A DNA stretch of 64,000 bases, from IMG/VR virus record IMGVR_UViG_3300013121_000030, positions 128,001-192,000 of that record, one strand, 5' to 3'. Positions within the stretch are counted from its first letter, which is position 1, and every line of letters starts with the position of its first letter. Made by a program: the position numbers and the translations under genes. The notes under the pieces are model-generated. The model made no database searches and had not been told where the DNA came from. It saw nothing but the letters and a program-made list of their open reading frames with translations. Positions 49,100-58,390 of the stretch are shown one piece after another. Origin of the DNA: an uncultured virus (IMG/VR IMGVR_UViG_3300013121_000030). Lineage: Duplodnaviria; Heunggongvirae; Uroviricota; Caudoviricetes.

Positions 49100-49885
49100 T
49101 TGATACTTTGTGGGAGGGGAAAGGAGAACCCACCTTTGGTACCTTCCCCACACGATCTCAAGCAACAAATTGCTCGCAAAAAGGCAGCTCAAGCTGTCCT
49201 TGAGTCTCGCCGACGCAAGGCTGCCGCTCACCGAAAAACTCAAAAATCCCTCGGGAAAGTCGCACTGCAAGACAAGCTTGCGGATGCGGTGGAGTACAAT
49301 CGAGGTCGCGGTCGGCCAAAGGTCAGTGATCCCCTAACTTTTTGGATCCCGTGGTTCAACGAGAAAGTACGTCCGGTCTACCAGAAGTTGTGGAAGTACA
49401 TCCTCAAGTACCGCGAAGTAGCCAGCCCCTTGGGGATCGTTCGCGGGTGGTCAGGTCAACGCGGAAACCCTGCACTCATGGTGAAGACGTGGGTTTCCCC
49501 AGAGGACCTGACTCAGGTTCCAGATATACTTGTGAACTTGGACATGGACGTGGTGGGATTGATTGAGACATACGCCACCAATCCTCGCGCAGTGTGGGTC
49601 AATCCTTTGGTGGATCCGTCTGGAGCAGCCAAGATTGCTGCTCACGTGAAGGCCATCATGGTTTTGGCGGACCAATTCTCCAATGTGGTGGTTTCTGGAA
49701 TTGAGCCACAGCAGTTTTGGAAGAACTGGAAGAGCGCCAAAAGTCTGGCCCGTATGTTCTACAACCAGTCAATGGCTTTTGCACAATACGACACTGCGGG
49801 AGAAGTAGACAAGTTGGCTCAAAAGCTCCTCTCCCAACGGGGGGATTTGCGGTATCGGCCCCAAAGGGTCGTTCCCTCAATCTAA
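49100..49885 (+). CDS. Hypothetical protein with basic N-terminus
   Basis: 261-aa ORF; start uncertain. Confidence 0.55.
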   Translation: MILCGRGKENPPLVPSPHDLKQQIARKKAAQAVLESRRRKAAAHRKTQKSLGKVALQDKLADAVEYNRGRGRPKVSDPLTFWIPWFNEKVRPVYQKLWKYILKYREVASPLGIVRGWSGQRGNPALMVKTWVSPEDLTQVPDILVNLDMDVVGLIETYATNPRAVWVNPLVDPSGAAKIAAHVKAIMVLADQFSNVVVSGIEPQQFWKNWKSAKSLARMFYNQSMAFAQYDTAGEVDKLAQKLLSQRGDLRYRPQRVVPSI

Positions 49886-49894
49886 GAGGACACG

Positions 49895-51106
49895 GTGGTT
49901 CTAGTACCACCCACTCGATATGGAGGTCTGGGGGCCGGTCCTGGTTGGGTCCGGCGATACGAAGCCCAGACCTCCATTCCTTTGTCTGGGTCCAAGTCGA
50001 TCCTCATCGATCCCGTTCTTGGATCCCCCTTCGTTTTTCGTATCGTCCCTCCTGAAGTGCTTGTGGAAGCAATCTCGGGTGGAGCTGCAGCACGTGCAGG
50101 AAATATCTTCGATCGCCTCCTGGCAGATCAGCGACAAGCTGTCCTGGATGGGATTCCAGCAGGCACCGCATTGACAGACCAGGAGCAGACCCTCCTGGGA
50201 ACGAGAGTCCCAAACTCTCCCCAGGGAGTGGTGATTGCGTCTGCGCTGCGTGCAACGAATAATTTCGAGAGGACCAAACAACGCCAAAACAAGGCGAGGC
50301 AGCTTGTCCCCCGGCGTGGGGATGACAGTGATGTCCCCTTGACGGATCCGTTGGTGGGTGGAGATGGGAAGAGATTCTCCCCTCAGCGAGACCGATCCTC
50401 CACAGCCAATCAGCTCGCGGTCGCGGACACCAAGCAATCCCGGGGCATCATGGGACAGCTCATTGCGTTGGCGTCGACCCCACCCCTGACGTTGCTCATC
50501 AATCCTCAAAGTCTCACTGTCACCTACACGAAGAAGCAGTCCTATCAGGATCGGACGAGGACGAACTACCTCTTCCAGAGTTGGGGTGAGGATCAGCCCA
50601 AACTCTCTGTGCAGGGGAGGATAGGAGCCTTTGTCGCAGGTTCCGTGGCGGCCTCTGTGGATGCCTCAGGGCAGAGAGTCCTGAGCACAGAGGCAGCTTC
50701 GGGGGTCCAATTTGCCACGAAGAGGGATTCAGGGGCGTTCCAGAACCTCATGAACCTGATGACGGTGTACCGCAACAATGCCTACATCTATGACCTTGTG
50801 GGGAGGTCCGAGGCCCACTGGTGGATTGGGAGCATTCAGATCGAATACGACCAATACATCTACCAGGGTCAATTTGATTCGTTCACGTACTCTTACAGCG
50901 ACGATCGGCAGGGCGGCGGTCTGGAATTTGGGTTCGAGTTCACCGTGTCTGCCATGTACGACACATGCCAGGATGTGAGTGTCGTTCCAGTGGGGAGCAA
51001 CCAGCAAGCCTCTCCCCTCCCAGTGGGGGAAGCTCCTGCGGTCTACTCTGGAGAAGCCGAAGGCGGGGAAGGAGGACTTCTCCTCAACCCCGCCTTCCGT
51101 CGATGA
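49895..51106 (+). CDS. Tail tube-like/baseplate protein, paralog of gene 29883
   Basis: LLINPQSL.VTY.K..WGE, YQGQFDSF. Confidence 0.6.
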   Translation: MVLVPPTRYGGLGAGPGWVRRYEAQTSIPLSGSKSILIDPVLGSPFVFRIVPPEVLVEAISGGAAARAGNIFDRLLADQRQAVLDGIPAGTALTDQEQTLLGTRVPNSPQGVVIASALRATNNFERTKQRQNKARQLVPRRGDDSDVPLTDPLVGGDGKRFSPQRDRSSTANQLAVADTKQSRGIMGQLIALASTPPLTLLINPQSLTVTYTKKQSYQDRTRTNYLFQSWGEDQPKLSVQGRIGAFVAGSVAASVDASGQRVLSTEAASGVQFATKRDSGAFQNLMNLMTVYRNNAYIYDLVGRSEAHWWIGSIQIEYDQYIYQGQFDSFTYSYSDDRQGGGLEFGFEFTVSAMYDTCQDVSVVPVGSNQQASPLPVGEAPAVYSGEAEGGEGGLLLNPAFRR

Positions 51107-51107
51107 C

Positions 51108-51485
51108 TCAGAGTCCGAGCGCCGCAATCTCCTCCGGGGTGAGCTTGGAGAGCGCCCTCGCCCGGCACTCCATCTTCTTGTGGGCCTTGAAATCTTCTCC
51201 GTAACGAAAGTCGGGGAGGCAGGAGCTCGGGTTGACAGCGATGGCGCGGTCCCCAAAGGTGAGGACGAGAAAAGTCTGCTCCTCAACAACTCCAGGGCGA
51301 CCCATGACTCCAAGGCCAGTCGCCGCGATATCCGCAACAGCCCTGGTTACGCTGGTGTATCGAGGGATGAGGCTTCCTCGTCCCTCAGTCTTGTCGCTGT
51401 CCTCAAACACCACAAACCTGGTTGCGAGTGTCACCGTAGGGTCGTGGTCGGAAGTGATGAGTTCTTTAAGAGTCAGAATGTCCAT
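51108..51485 (-). CDS. Hypothetical protein
   Basis: C-terminal RARALSKLTPEEIAALGL motif common in phage proteins; gagg SD. Confidence 0.65.
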   Translation of the reverse strand: MDILTLKELITSDHDPTVTLATRFVVFEDSDKTEGRGSLIPRYTSVTRAVADIAATGLGVMGRPGVVEEQTFLVLTFGDRAIAVNPSSCLPDFRYGEDFKAHKKMECRARALSKLTPEEIAALGL

Positions 51486-51504
51486 GGTCGGTTTCCTCGC
51501 CTGA

Positions 51505-51533
51505 AGTGTAGCACGCCAACTCCCGGGTTACAC
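51505..51533 (-). promoter_or_regulatory. Class A promoter motif
   Basis: gtgtaa cccgggagttgg cgtgctacact. Confidence 0.75.
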
Positions 51534-51540
51534 GGCGGTC

Positions 51541-52413
51541 GTGAAGAAAATCTCCCCACGGGGACGGATACACTCCTGGGGTACACAAGGCGTGTACCAC
51601 AAGGCTACGATATCCAGGGGGATTCCGGGAACTCTCGGGAAGGTGCGGGAGGAACTGGAGGAGGCAGAAGATGCGGTGGAGCAGGGTTCACACATTCTTC
51701 TCGCGGTGGAGTTGTCGGACATCTTCTTGGCGTTGCGCCAAGTCGCGCGTGGCTACGGATGGACTCAAGAAGATCTGTCTTCAATGGCGGACATCACGGA
51801 ACGAGTCTTCGAGTCGGGGCATCGTGGTGGTTTACCGCTTTCGGCGCACCACCAGCTCCCGAATCCAGGGCGATGTCGAGAGATCGTGGCGCTTTTGAGC
51901 GCCATGGATTTTGGGGCGAAGAGGTGGAAGACCTTCGGCACGGGATACGCGGTGGCGAGGTTTGGCGAGCATCACAAGCTCCACATCTGGCACCCTGAGT
52001 TCGCAGATTCGCACACAGACTTTGGGGGGATTCACAGCCATGCCTACCACTTGGAGAGCACTGTGCTCCATGGGGCCATGAGGACTCGAATTTGGGGGAA
52101 GGATCCTTCGGGCCCTCCAGAACATTGGAAGTTGTGCTGTGGAAGTGGGGAAGAGTTCGTGGGTGCCGTGGTGAGGGCAGAGTTCGAGGTGGGGGAGGGG
52201 TATACCTATGCTCAGACGCAGGGATCATTTCATGATGTGGTGGGGCCGATTCAGGCAGTGACCTGGGTGTGCAAGAACAGCAAGGATGGTGAGGCATGGT
52301 TCATCCACAAGGGTCGGCCAAATCCGTATCTCAATCCGCGGGACCTCACACGCCAACAGGAAGCTGTGGCGAGGGAAATGTGGGGGAAGGCCCTCGTTCG
52401 TTGGTCGACTTGA
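51541..52413 (+). CDS. MazG-like NTP pyrophosphatase fused to a cupin-like domain
   Basis: KVREELEEAEDA..VELSD; LHIWHP..IHSHAYHLESTVLHG..FH. Confidence 0.65.
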   Translation: MKKISPRGRIHSWGTQGVYHKATISRGIPGTLGKVREELEEAEDAVEQGSHILLAVELSDIFLALRQVARGYGWTQEDLSSMADITERVFESGHRGGLPLSAHHQLPNPGRCREIVALLSAMDFGAKRWKTFGTGYAVARFGEHHKLHIWHPEFADSHTDFGGIHSHAYHLESTVLHGAMRTRIWGKDPSGPPEHWKLCCGSGEEFVGAVVRAEFEVGEGYTYAQTQGSFHDVVGPIQAVTWVCKNSKDGEAWFIHKGRPNPYLNPRDLTRQQEAVAREMWGKALVRWST

Positions 52414-52943
52414 CAATCGACTGGACCCTTGCAGGAGAGGCGATTCGGTTCTACCAGTCCAAAGGTTACGTCCACGTTTGGACCCCATGGATTGTTTCTC
52501 GCCGCTACATCGACGCTACACTCCCCGTGGGAGTAGATCCTTTTCGCTGCGGATATGGATGGCTCGTAGGGTCCGCAGAGCAAGGATTCCTTGCAATGGC
52601 TCCCCATCTGAAGAAAGGGCAGCGCTATGTGTCCGCGGGTCCGTGCTTCCGACCAGAACATGACCCGTATCAGCTCAAGTGGCCATACTTCTTCAAAGTG
52701 GAGCTTTTTTCATTTTGCAACGTAGCCCAGCAATTTGTTGACGACGCTAGGGAGTTCATGGAGAGTCGCCTCCCCATCCAAGTCGAAAAAACCTCCGCCG
52801 GAACGGACTTGATGTGTGGCGGCATCGAATTGGGATCGTATGGGAGCCGTCAATCGCCCGAGTTGGGCGATTGGAGTTATGGGACAGGACTCGCACTCCC
52901 TAGGTTTTCGATCGCCCAAAGAGTCTACGGACGACTCTCTTGA
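52401..52943 (+). CDS. Class II aminoacyl-tRNA synthetase-like catalytic domain
   Basis: SAEQGF, PCFR (motif 2), FFKVEL, IELGSYG, GTGLALPRF (motif 3); no anticodon domain; start uncertain. Confidence 0.7.
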   Translation: MVDLTIDWTLAGEAIRFYQSKGYVHVWTPWIVSRRYIDATLPVGVDPFRCGYGWLVGSAEQGFLAMAPHLKKGQRYVSAGPCFRPEHDPYQLKWPYFFKVELFSFCNVAQQFVDDAREFMESRLPIQVEKTSAGTDLMCGGIELGSYGSRQSPELGDWSYGTGLALPRFSIAQRVYGRLS

Positions 52944-53220
52944 CCCTCTCCCAGGGAGTTTCCCAGGGGAACTCCTGGGCCAATTTCAGTTGAGCATTGT
53001 GGAGTTCTTGGCATTGGAGTCGCTGATAATCCCGCATGGCCATGCGTTGCTGGTGGTCCCGCTCCGACCTTGCATATCCGACCAGAAAGTGCAGAACCCC
53101 AGGGATTATTTCGTAGTCCTCCCATGAGGATCCGGGAGGAACGATGGTATTGAAGTAGGGCTCAAAAGAAGAGAAGTCCGGGAGGTTCCGGACTTCTTGG
53201 ACAGTTTGCGGTTCCCTCAT
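52900..53220 (-). CDS. Hypothetical protein
   Basis: ATG 53220 preceded by GGGTAT. Confidence 0.5.
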   Translation of the reverse strand: MREPQTVQEVRNLPDFSSFEPYFNTIVPPGSSWEDYEIIPGVLHFLVGYARSERDHQQRMAMRDYQRLQCQELHNAQLKLAQEFPWETPWERVKRVVRRLFGRSKT

Positions 53221-53237
53221 AAGAGGGATACCCAGGG

Positions 53238-54017
53238 TCACTCGATGGGGGCCTGGTCCTTCAGCTTGTTCAGGACGGGACCCATCCTGGACACGATTGT
53301 CTGGAGCTGGTCTGTGGCCTCTTTCAACTGGTCCGACAAGGTTCCGCTGAGGAGTGTCATGAGAGCGTCATCCTCGTAGGCTTCCGAAGCACGCTCAAAG
53401 GATTGGGACTCGACGGCTCGGAGGAACGTCTCCATGGCCTTTCCAGCCCCCTGGACTTCAGAGGTGATGTCGGAGATCCTGGATGTAAGATTCTTCCAAG
53501 CTTCGCGGAGGGGCTTTCGGAGCGTCTTGGCTCGTGCAGCGGCACCTGCCTGGGCGGCGCGGAAACTCATGTACTGCTGGGTGATCCGTTGGAGGTCGGG
53601 GAGGAAGACAGGATTCGTCTGGAGAAGCCCCCAGAGAACCTCAATGTCCGAGGAAGCCTTCTGGAAGTCATCTTTCCCTGTGAGGACAACGTTTTGGTAG
53701 GGGTGGGCAGCTGAGGTGAGATCCGAATAGAGCTGTGCTTCGCCAAAGGTCAGCTCATCGCGCATGGCTTCCGCAGCCGCAATCAGCTCCTCCTTTTTGG
53801 ACTGAATGGTATCCAAGAAGTCTGCGAGTTCTTCCTCATCCTCCACCTCCTGGAAGAGATATTCGAGGTTCGTGAAGTACGGACCGACGAGATCCACCAA
53901 CTTCCAGAAACGAGCGTCGGCAAGATCCGCTGCAACCTTCAGCTCTTGGCGGAGGAGCCGAGCAAAGGTAGGGTCTGAAGAAGCGAGGCGATAAGCTTGG
54001 TGTGCGATCCGGTTCAT
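53238..54017 (-). CDS. Hypothetical helical protein, possible internal head protein
   Basis: YRLA..P..LL..LKVAA N-terminal motif. Confidence 0.6.
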   Translation of the reverse strand: MNRIAHQAYRLASSDPTFARLLRQELKVAADLADARFWKLVDLVGPYFTNLEYLFQEVEDEEELADFLDTIQSKKEELIAAAEAMRDELTFGEAQLYSDLTSAAHPYQNVVLTGKDDFQKASSDIEVLWGLLQTNPVFLPDLQRITQQYMSFRAAQAGAAARAKTLRKPLREAWKNLTSRISDITSEVQGAGKAMETFLRAVESQSFERASEAYEDDALMTLLSGTLSDQLKEATDQLQTIVSRMGPVLNKLKDQAPIE

Positions 54018-54024
54018 CTCGAAC

Positions 54025-54357
54025 TTACGACGAGATAAACGGAAAAGCGACTGCCACAGATGTTGGGTGCAGCTCCTCGAAAATCCTTCGGAGAATATTT
54101 ACAAAACGGTCTTCCTCGTCCTCTCGGACTTTCTGGTGTACGAATTGTGTCCCTTCTCCGAGGACCTTCCTGTAAGCGTCTCGAATTCTATTCTGCTCAC
54201 GGGCACGAAGTTCAGGCGCAAAGGCGCAGGCTCGGGCCTGGAGGAGGAGAAGAAATTGAAGCTCGATGGCCTCGAAGGAAGATCCCCACATTTTTGGGGT
54301 TGAGAAGATGGAGAAGATGGATTCATCCGCCCAATCCCGAATCGTTTTCTCATCCAT
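54025..54357 (-). CDS. Hypothetical protein
   Basis: PKMWG..EAIELQ.LLLL motif; overlaps the upstream stop. Confidence 0.55.
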   Translation of the reverse strand: MDEKTIRDWADESIFSIFSTPKMWGSSFEAIELQFLLLLQARACAFAPELRAREQNRIRDAYRKVLGEGTQFVHQKVREDEEDRFVNILRRIFEELHPTSVAVAFPFISS

Positions 54358-55156
54358 GTTTCTGGGTCCACCGCGTGAAGAGGTCGGCGATCTCAAAGAT
54401 TCGGCGGACGGACTTGTCCGCCGTGGGAAGATCCGTGATGTCCGCCTTGCATTCCAGGTCAATTGCAGGAACCTTTAGGGTGTCCTCCACCCAGAGGGGC
54501 AGGGGCCCCAGGAGGCGGGGCTGTGCCAGCGAGTAGTGGCCGTCTTCCTTACGGATGTAGTAGCCGTGCAGCACAACGTGGAGCCACTCCTGGTACACGA
54601 ACCCCACATCGAAGGGGGTCGACAGACCATCCTCCTCGAAAATGGAGGCTGCCAGATCCCCAGAGTGGGCACAATGGGTGCCCGCCAGAATCCCCTCCGC
54701 GTGCATCGAGATGACCCCCGCGATCTCCTCCTGGAAGGCAATCTCCAAGATGTCAGCCTGGATTCGGCGGCAGAGGTCCACCATCTCGGGATGCCGGAGG
54801 GCACCTCGCCAGAGGCGAAGATTCTCAGGCTGAGCCTTCGCTTCCATGGCGGAAGAGAGGAAGGCGTGGTTCATGTTCCCTTCGGCATCAATGCCTCCAG
54901 GGTCTGGGTTGATGTGGCGAACCACCCAGAAGGGAGGATGGTTGGCCGGAACCACTGGCCCATCCTGGCCTTCGGGCCAAGGACCTGACTGCGGCCCCGA
55001 CTTGAAGGACGGACCAAAGCACAACCCCCTCACCAGTTCGTGGACGGCCGTCTCCGCAGCCCACTCCGCCACGTGGATCCCCGAGACGAGGATGATGGCC
55101 GAAGCCTTCTGGAGGTTGCCGCGGCCCGGATAACGAGTCCACCGAAGGTTCGGCAT
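54350..55156 (-). CDS. Hypothetical protein
   Basis: Start defined by a class A motif. Confidence 0.6.
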   Translation of the reverse strand: MPNLRWTRYPGRGNLQKASAIILVSGIHVAEWAAETAVHELVRGLCFGPSFKSGPQSGPWPEGQDGPVVPANHPPFWVVRHINPDPGGIDAEGNMNHAFLSSAMEAKAQPENLRLWRGALRHPEMVDLCRRIQADILEIAFQEEIAGVISMHAEGILAGTHCAHSGDLAASIFEEDGLSTPFDVGFVYQEWLHVVLHGYYIRKEDGHYSLAQPRLLGPLPLWVEDTLKVPAIDLECKADITDLPTADKSVRRIFEIADLFTRWTQKHG

Positions 55157-55162
55157 GGATGA

Positions 55163-55232
55163 AATGTAGCACGACAACGCTCATCTTACACATGAGAAAG
55201 TTGGTGTAACATCTGCCTACATGTGCTACACT
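55163..55232. promoter_or_regulatory. Back-to-back pair of class A promoter motifs
   Basis: Minus: gtgtaa-N12-cgtgctacatt, 6 nt, ATG 55156; plus: gtgtaa-N12-tgtgctacact, 6 nt, ATG 55239. Confidence 0.8.
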
Positions 55233-55238
55233 GTCTCC

Positions 55239-55409
55239 ATGCTCTTCAGCATTGTGAATCTTCTGGTCCAGGTCTCCTTGGTGGGCCTTCTTGTCCTGGC
55301 GTTTCTCCAGCCCTCGCTCCTCATGGCGGGGTTGCTTGGGGCCGCGATCGTGTGTGATCGCGTCTTTCGCGCCGGGTTCAGGTGTCCCCAGGGGCCACGA
55401 TGCCGCTGA
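55239..55409 (+). CDS. Small membrane protein
   Basis: Hydrophobic; leaderless-type start after a class A motif. Confidence 0.55.
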   Translation: MLFSIVNLLVQVSLVGLLVLAFLQPSLLMAGLLGAAIVCDRVFRAGFRCPQGPRCR

Positions 55410-55524
55410 AGACAGCGGGCATGGCAAAGGGGATCAGAACGACCACCCAGGACCACTCCACGAAGCCCAGCAGCTTGGCGACAATGACCGCAATTCCAAT
55501 CACAGCCCACATGGCAAGCCTCAC
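55378..55524 (-). CDS. Small membrane protein
   Basis: KLLGFVEWSWVVVLIP motif common in small phage membrane proteins; GTGA coupling. Confidence 0.55.
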   Translation of the reverse strand: MRLAMWAVIGIAVIVAKLLGFVEWSWVVVLIPFAMPAVFSGIVAPGDT

Positions 55525-56126
55525 ACGCGGACCTGGGGTCCAGTGTTGGTCTGGTTGACGGACTCGTACCACTCTTCCCACCCAGGGAGTAGAGAGTAGA
55601 GGACATCCACTTCGGGGAGCGAGAACCCCGAAGCACGACAGGTATCAATAATCTGGCGGGCCCGCATTAGACAGACGGAGGCTCGCCGAAGAATCGAATC
55701 GACACGGAGTTGGAGGAAGGTGGACTGGACATTTCGGAAGGAGACGTCACACTTCTTCCGAAGTTCGGGGTCTTGGAGTGCCTTCTCCAGCTCTTCCTGG
55801 CAGGCGGCTCGCTCGGATCGGAGATGATCCACCAGAGCCTTCACAGTGAGGTTTCGACTCTCCTCGAAGGAGAGTTCAGGGCCATCATCTCGGATGGTGT
55901 CCTCCTCCAGATTTGCTCCACCCACCTCAAACTTTCGCCCCTCCGCAAGGAAGGGCTTCCCCAGACCTGGGGCGCGAGTCACACCCACGATCGGGCCCTC
56001 AACGCGCCATGCGCGCTGTCCCATGGACACGACCTGAAGGGGTCCGCAGAGGTAGGACCCCCACGAGGGGGAGCTGAGGACCGCAAAACGGCCCTGAACC
56101 CGTGCGATTGCATCAGTCTTCCTCAT
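55521..56126 (-). CDS. Hypothetical protein
   Basis: Start defined by a class A motif. Confidence 0.6.
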   Translation of the reverse strand: MRKTDAIARVQGRFAVLSSPSWGSYLCGPLQVVSMGQRAWRVEGPIVGVTRAPGLGKPFLAEGRKFEVGGANLEEDTIRDDGPELSFEESRNLTVKALVDHLRSERAACQEELEKALQDPELRKKCDVSFRNVQSTFLQLRVDSILRRASVCLMRARQIIDTCRASGFSLPEVDVLYSLLPGWEEWYESVNQTNTGPQVRV

Positions 56127-56132
56127 AACCCA

Positions 56133-56213
56133 GGTGTAGCACGTCACTCCCTGGATTACACAACGAAAATATTCTACGATGGGGGTGTAACTTAGGCTCT
56201 GCCGTGCTACACA
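56133..56213. promoter_or_regulatory. Back-to-back pair of class A promoter motifs
   Basis: Minus: gtgtaa-N12-cgtgctacacc, 6 nt, ATG 56126; plus: gtgtaa-N12-cgtgctacaca, 6 nt, ATG 56220. Confidence 0.8.
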
Positions 56214-56219
56214 TGAGAC

Positions 56220-57044
56220 ATGCGTCCTGACATGCACAAGGTTCTGACGGAGCGTCCGCGTGAGCATCGTCGTAAGGGGGAAGGGTCTTTCTTCCATGAG
56301 ATTCGGCCCGCTCGTCGTGGGCCTCAGGTTCGGGACATGGAGGAGGCAGAGGACCTGCCCTCCTCTCCCTCGGGTGAGGGGATGAGGCGTGCAGCCTCAG
56401 AGGTGCTGAGCTACGACCGGAAGACCTTCTCGGACCTCCTGGGCCCTCTTCGTCGGTTCCTCGCCTCTCAGGCGGGGCGTCCCTGGGACAAGGTCCAGAG
56501 CGAGATCTCGAAGCACCTCCCGCGCCGTGGCAACACGGTCCAGGCTCACATCTGGCAGCACATCGACCACCTCGTTGAGACTCGGTGTGTTCGAGAGGGT
56601 CACCTGATCCTCGACTCCAAGGGGGAGGTCATCGTGGACCTCCATGAAGGTTCGTTCAGGCGGTGGTTCGCTGCCTTCTACGTCGCCCAAGATGGGATCC
56701 TGAGGAAGGTGCCCATGTCGAAGAAGGCGAAGCCTGCGCAGGAGGACGACCCCAAGGCCCTCAAGTTCCACTGGCTCACGCGCCCCAAGGATGGGCGTGC
56801 CAAGGCGGCTGTTCGGTGGGAGGGGATCTGGTATCAGGTGGACCTGGCGGATAAGCCCAAGGTTCCGAGTCTGGATTGCATCTTCTCGGACATCTTCTTC
56901 CCCTTCCGCTTCCATGCGTCCGAACTCAATCGGTCCACGTCCTGGGAGCAGGCTCGTACTCCCTGGGGTGCGGTGGGGATGTACGCCGTGTCCAAGACCC
57001 AGATGTCCAAGAAGGGTATTCGAGACCTTCCCAAGGCTGCATGA
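56220..57044 (+). CDS. Conserved hypothetical basic protein
   Basis: MRPDM.KV..ERPR, L.PLRRFL.SQ.GRPWDKV.SEI, FYV..DGIL. Confidence 0.7.
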   Translation: MRPDMHKVLTERPREHRRKGEGSFFHEIRPARRGPQVRDMEEAEDLPSSPSGEGMRRAASEVLSYDRKTFSDLLGPLRRFLASQAGRPWDKVQSEISKHLPRRGNTVQAHIWQHIDHLVETRCVREGHLILDSKGEVIVDLHEGSFRRWFAAFYVAQDGILRKVPMSKKAKPAQEDDPKALKFHWLTRPKDGRAKAAVRWEGIWYQVDLADKPKVPSLDCIFSDIFFPFRFHASELNRSTSWEQARTPWGAVGMYAVSKTQMSKKGIRDLPKAA

Positions 57045-58072
57045 ACAACACAAACAACACATTCGCAATCAACCTCTTTGGTCTCCTCTCTCCAGAGGAG
57101 ACCACGGTGTTCTCTCCAATCTCCGTCCGAACGGCTCTCCACATGGTCTACATGGGGTCAGCCAACGCCACCGCTGTGGATCTTCGCAAGGCATTGGTCC
57201 TCTTTCCAGGAGAGCGTCCGTGGGTTCCTTCGAGGTTCCGACACCTGCGGTTGGACGTCGCCAACTGTGTGTGGGTCAAGGACCCCGATCCTACTCTCTC
57301 GACCTATCGAGAGACGCTGCTCCGGGAATTTGGAGCTGATGTGGGGGTTCTTCCAAAGGAAGCTTCCTCAGCCGCCGCTGTGGTCAACGACTGGGTTGCG
57401 GAGAAGACAGGGGGGAAGATCCCTCAGATTGCGGATGCCTCCTCCTTCCAGGGGGTGGGCATCGTCCTCACCAATGCAATCTACTTCCGCGGGGAGTGGG
57501 AGAATCCGTTTCCTCGCCATTACACCGCACCCCGTGTCTTCCACGGTTCTGCCAAGGATTCGACGGTGCCCTTCATGGATGGCACCATGAAGGTGGGGAT
57601 TCATCAGGATTCCACGATGACAGTCGTGAGTATTCCATTCAGGGACTATGAAGCCTTCCTGACCATCATCATGCCGTCCAATGTGGGGGACATCCCCAAG
57701 GCGTTAGGGTGGCTAGACACCCCTCTTCGGGTTCAGGAAGTTGCTGTGGTTCTTCCCAAGATTCGGCTCGATGGGTCAGCGGAGCTGACTGGCCCTCTCA
57801 CCGAAATGGGCGCGGGGATCCTCTTCCAGCCAGCGGCCAATCTCTCAGGGATGACGGGGGATCTCTCGTGTCGTGTCTCCTCTGTGCTCCACCGGGCTGT
57901 TCTGGAGTTGGATGAGGATGGGGCGACCGCCGCTGCTGCAACTGCGGTTCTCATTACGCGGGGGATTCCCATCATGGATCCACCCAAGGTGGTGGTGGAT
58001 CGGCCCTTTGTGTTCGCCCTGGTGGACGAGGTGGGGACGATTCTTTTCGCTGGCAGGGTGACAGATCTCTGA
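57041..58072 (+). CDS. Serpin (serine protease inhibitor)
   Basis: FAINLF, VFSPISV, VNDWVAEKTGGKIP, NAIYFRGEW..PF, LPK, hinge EDGATAAAAT, DRPFVF, ILFAGRV. Confidence 0.93.
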   Translation: MNNTNNTFAINLFGLLSPEETTVFSPISVRTALHMVYMGSANATAVDLRKALVLFPGERPWVPSRFRHLRLDVANCVWVKDPDPTLSTYRETLLREFGADVGVLPKEASSAAAVVNDWVAEKTGGKIPQIADASSFQGVGIVLTNAIYFRGEWENPFPRHYTAPRVFHGSAKDSTVPFMDGTMKVGIHQDSTMTVVSIPFRDYEAFLTIIMPSNVGDIPKALGWLDTPLRVQEVAVVLPKIRLDGSAELTGPLTEMGAGILFQPAANLSGMTGDLSCRVSSVLHRAVLELDEDGATAAAATAVLITRGIPIMDPPKVVVDRPFVFALVDEVGTILFAGRVTDL

Positions 58073-58192
58073 TGAGCCCTGTTCCCTCGTGGGTGGTGAT
58101 TTTGGGGCGAAAAGTAGCTCATTGGTGCCGCTCCATGGATTCAGGTTAAACGGAATGCCTCCACGGGGCGTTGAGGTTCTCAACGTGGAAAG

Positions 58193-58381
58193 GTGGCAAA
58201 TTTGGAGACGGAGAAGACAATGCTGACTGACGTTCAGATCGACACGACTCTCAAGACTACCTTCGCCAACGATGAGGTCGCCAAGCGCTATCTCGACGCG
58301 GCTCAGCGTCGGACTCTCCTAATGATGTCCACCGTCCCCCCACGGATCCTTCTGGGGGTCTGCGATCATTTCAGGATGTAG
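58193..58381 (+). CDS. Small hypothetical protein
   Basis: Short ORF in operon. Confidence 0.4.
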   Translation: MANLETEKTMLTDVQIDTTLKTTFANDEVAKRYLDAAQRRTLLMMSTVPPRILLGVCDHFRM

Positions 58382-58390
58382 CCCCGATAA

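Noticed and set aside
58073-58192. Possible structured ncRNA after the serpin
   Set aside because: Only a short hairpin (gttgag/ctcaac) and no recognisable family features.
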